From: Laetmonice hystrix
Taxonomy: Eukaryota
Reading direction: 5' to 3'
Length of the DNA: 64,000 nt
Assembly (NCBI GenBank): GCA_965235115.1
Contig: OZ249439.1
Coordinates: forward strand, 19,530,001 to 19,594,000
The first letter of the stretch is position 1, and every line of letters starts with the position of its first letter. Positions 62,974 through 64,000 of this stretch are shown one piece after another. Below the pieces are notes generated by a model. It did not search any database, was not told where the DNA came from, and worked only from the letters and a program-made list of their open reading frames with translations. The position numbers and the translations under genes were made by a program.

Positions 62974-63993
62974 TCATTTATCTTTTGTACGAACACACAA
63001 AGACACGGAAATTCTATCTAGGTGACCTGTATTCGCTGACTCCAACATGGTACGAATGTTAATTTACAATATAAAAAATACACGATTGTATTGATTCAGT
63101 ACTGGGGAAAACAGTAACCAAACTACTAGGAGAGTGAGAATCCTTTTGACAAAAACGCGAAAACACCTCAATATTATAGTCTTGCTGTTAAAGGCAGTGA
63201 CTTTCTGCTTGGAACAAATACCTTGATGGAATGTTTGAAATAAATTAGATCTTACAGACGAGGGTAAACAGATTTTGCCGAAGGCTGATGTTATGTCTCA
63301 AGCTCTCCCTATTACCAATTTTGCCAACCTAGCACTCAAAATCAGATCTTAGAAGTCGTCATCCATTTTGAGATTCTTGTACGCATTTCTCATTTGACAA
63401 TTAACTAGTTTATCTGTTAAACTTAACGTTATTTTTGGTGTCAGAAAGTAATCTGCTGCTGTTGCCTTTGAACGTGTTTTTAGACAGCCCTTCTTGTGTT
63501 ATTCTAACCTTTGAAAGGAGAAAGTTTCTCCTTTTCAAAAAGAAAACCACTGTTCAGTCTTCCAATTAGGGACGCCGAATTCAACAGGTCCTTTTTCGCC
63601 ATCAGGACAGACTTTTATCATATTAATTCGTTCTTCCACGCCAGATTTGTAGAAACAAGTGAAGGAATCTGAAATTCGTAGTCTGTAGCCATTCTGGTTG
63701 CCAAGCCGATAGAATTTCCTGTTGGCTATCAACATTCCATAATTAATGAGACAGATGGAAATAAAGGTCAGAAACTCAAGCTCTCTGTTCTGCTGCGTGC
63801 CTGTAAGCAGATTTGGACGCGTTAGGATATCAACTATCACCTCGTCACGGCGCTGACGTTCACGATGGTTTAAGGACTTTTTAAACTTGTTCCACAATTA
63901 GACATCTCTAATAAGCCGCAAAAACAAAATCCTGCACGCGTTTTCATAGCTGATCGTTGAAACTGTTCCACGTTGTCTCGGTATGCATAACAT
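62974..63993 (-). pseudogene. Unidentified decayed reading frame of about 340 codons
   Basis: One frame runs from ATG 63993 to TGA 62974 with 6 internal stops and no frameshift, and includes the 120-aa track ORF. I recognise no domain in it. Confidence 0.3.
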
Positions 63994-64000
63994 TCAGGAT

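Overview
Animal genomic DNA, roughly 40% GC by eye. It is plausibly an invertebrate deuterostome such as amphioxus, but the sequence alone does not prove that. Almost the whole window is one large minus-strand spliced gene of the CRACD/CRACDL/KIAA1210 (DUF4592, actin capping-protein regulator) family. I assembled nine phase-consistent GT-AG coding exons by hand: 58520-58574, 47138-47324, 38848-38989, 9715-9828, 9231-9305, 7490-7550, 7081-7241, 5590-5788 and 3268-4964 (897 codons). A less certain 3' chain of short exons (3005-3015, 2623-2640, 2106-2178, 1621-1698) would bring the protein to about 956 aa. The introns hold an intact elongator tRNA-Met(CAT), CTCF-consensus motifs, two short DNA-transposon derivatives with 5-bp target-site duplications, a 136-bp perfect nested palindrome, small duplications and simple repeats. 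A stop-depleted but broken reading frame of about 340 codons, of unknown origin, lies at the right edge. I found no CRISPR array, rRNA, intact transposase, reverse transcriptase or multi-gene novel system. Most short ORFs in the track look like chance. The best leads are isoform architecture (twin terminal exons sharing SVTFRxA, micro-exons, alternative first exons), the nested palindrome, the tRNA/CTCF insulator-like sites and the unidentified decayed ORF. Family comparisons come from my recollection of vertebrate sequences and need confirming by alignment.
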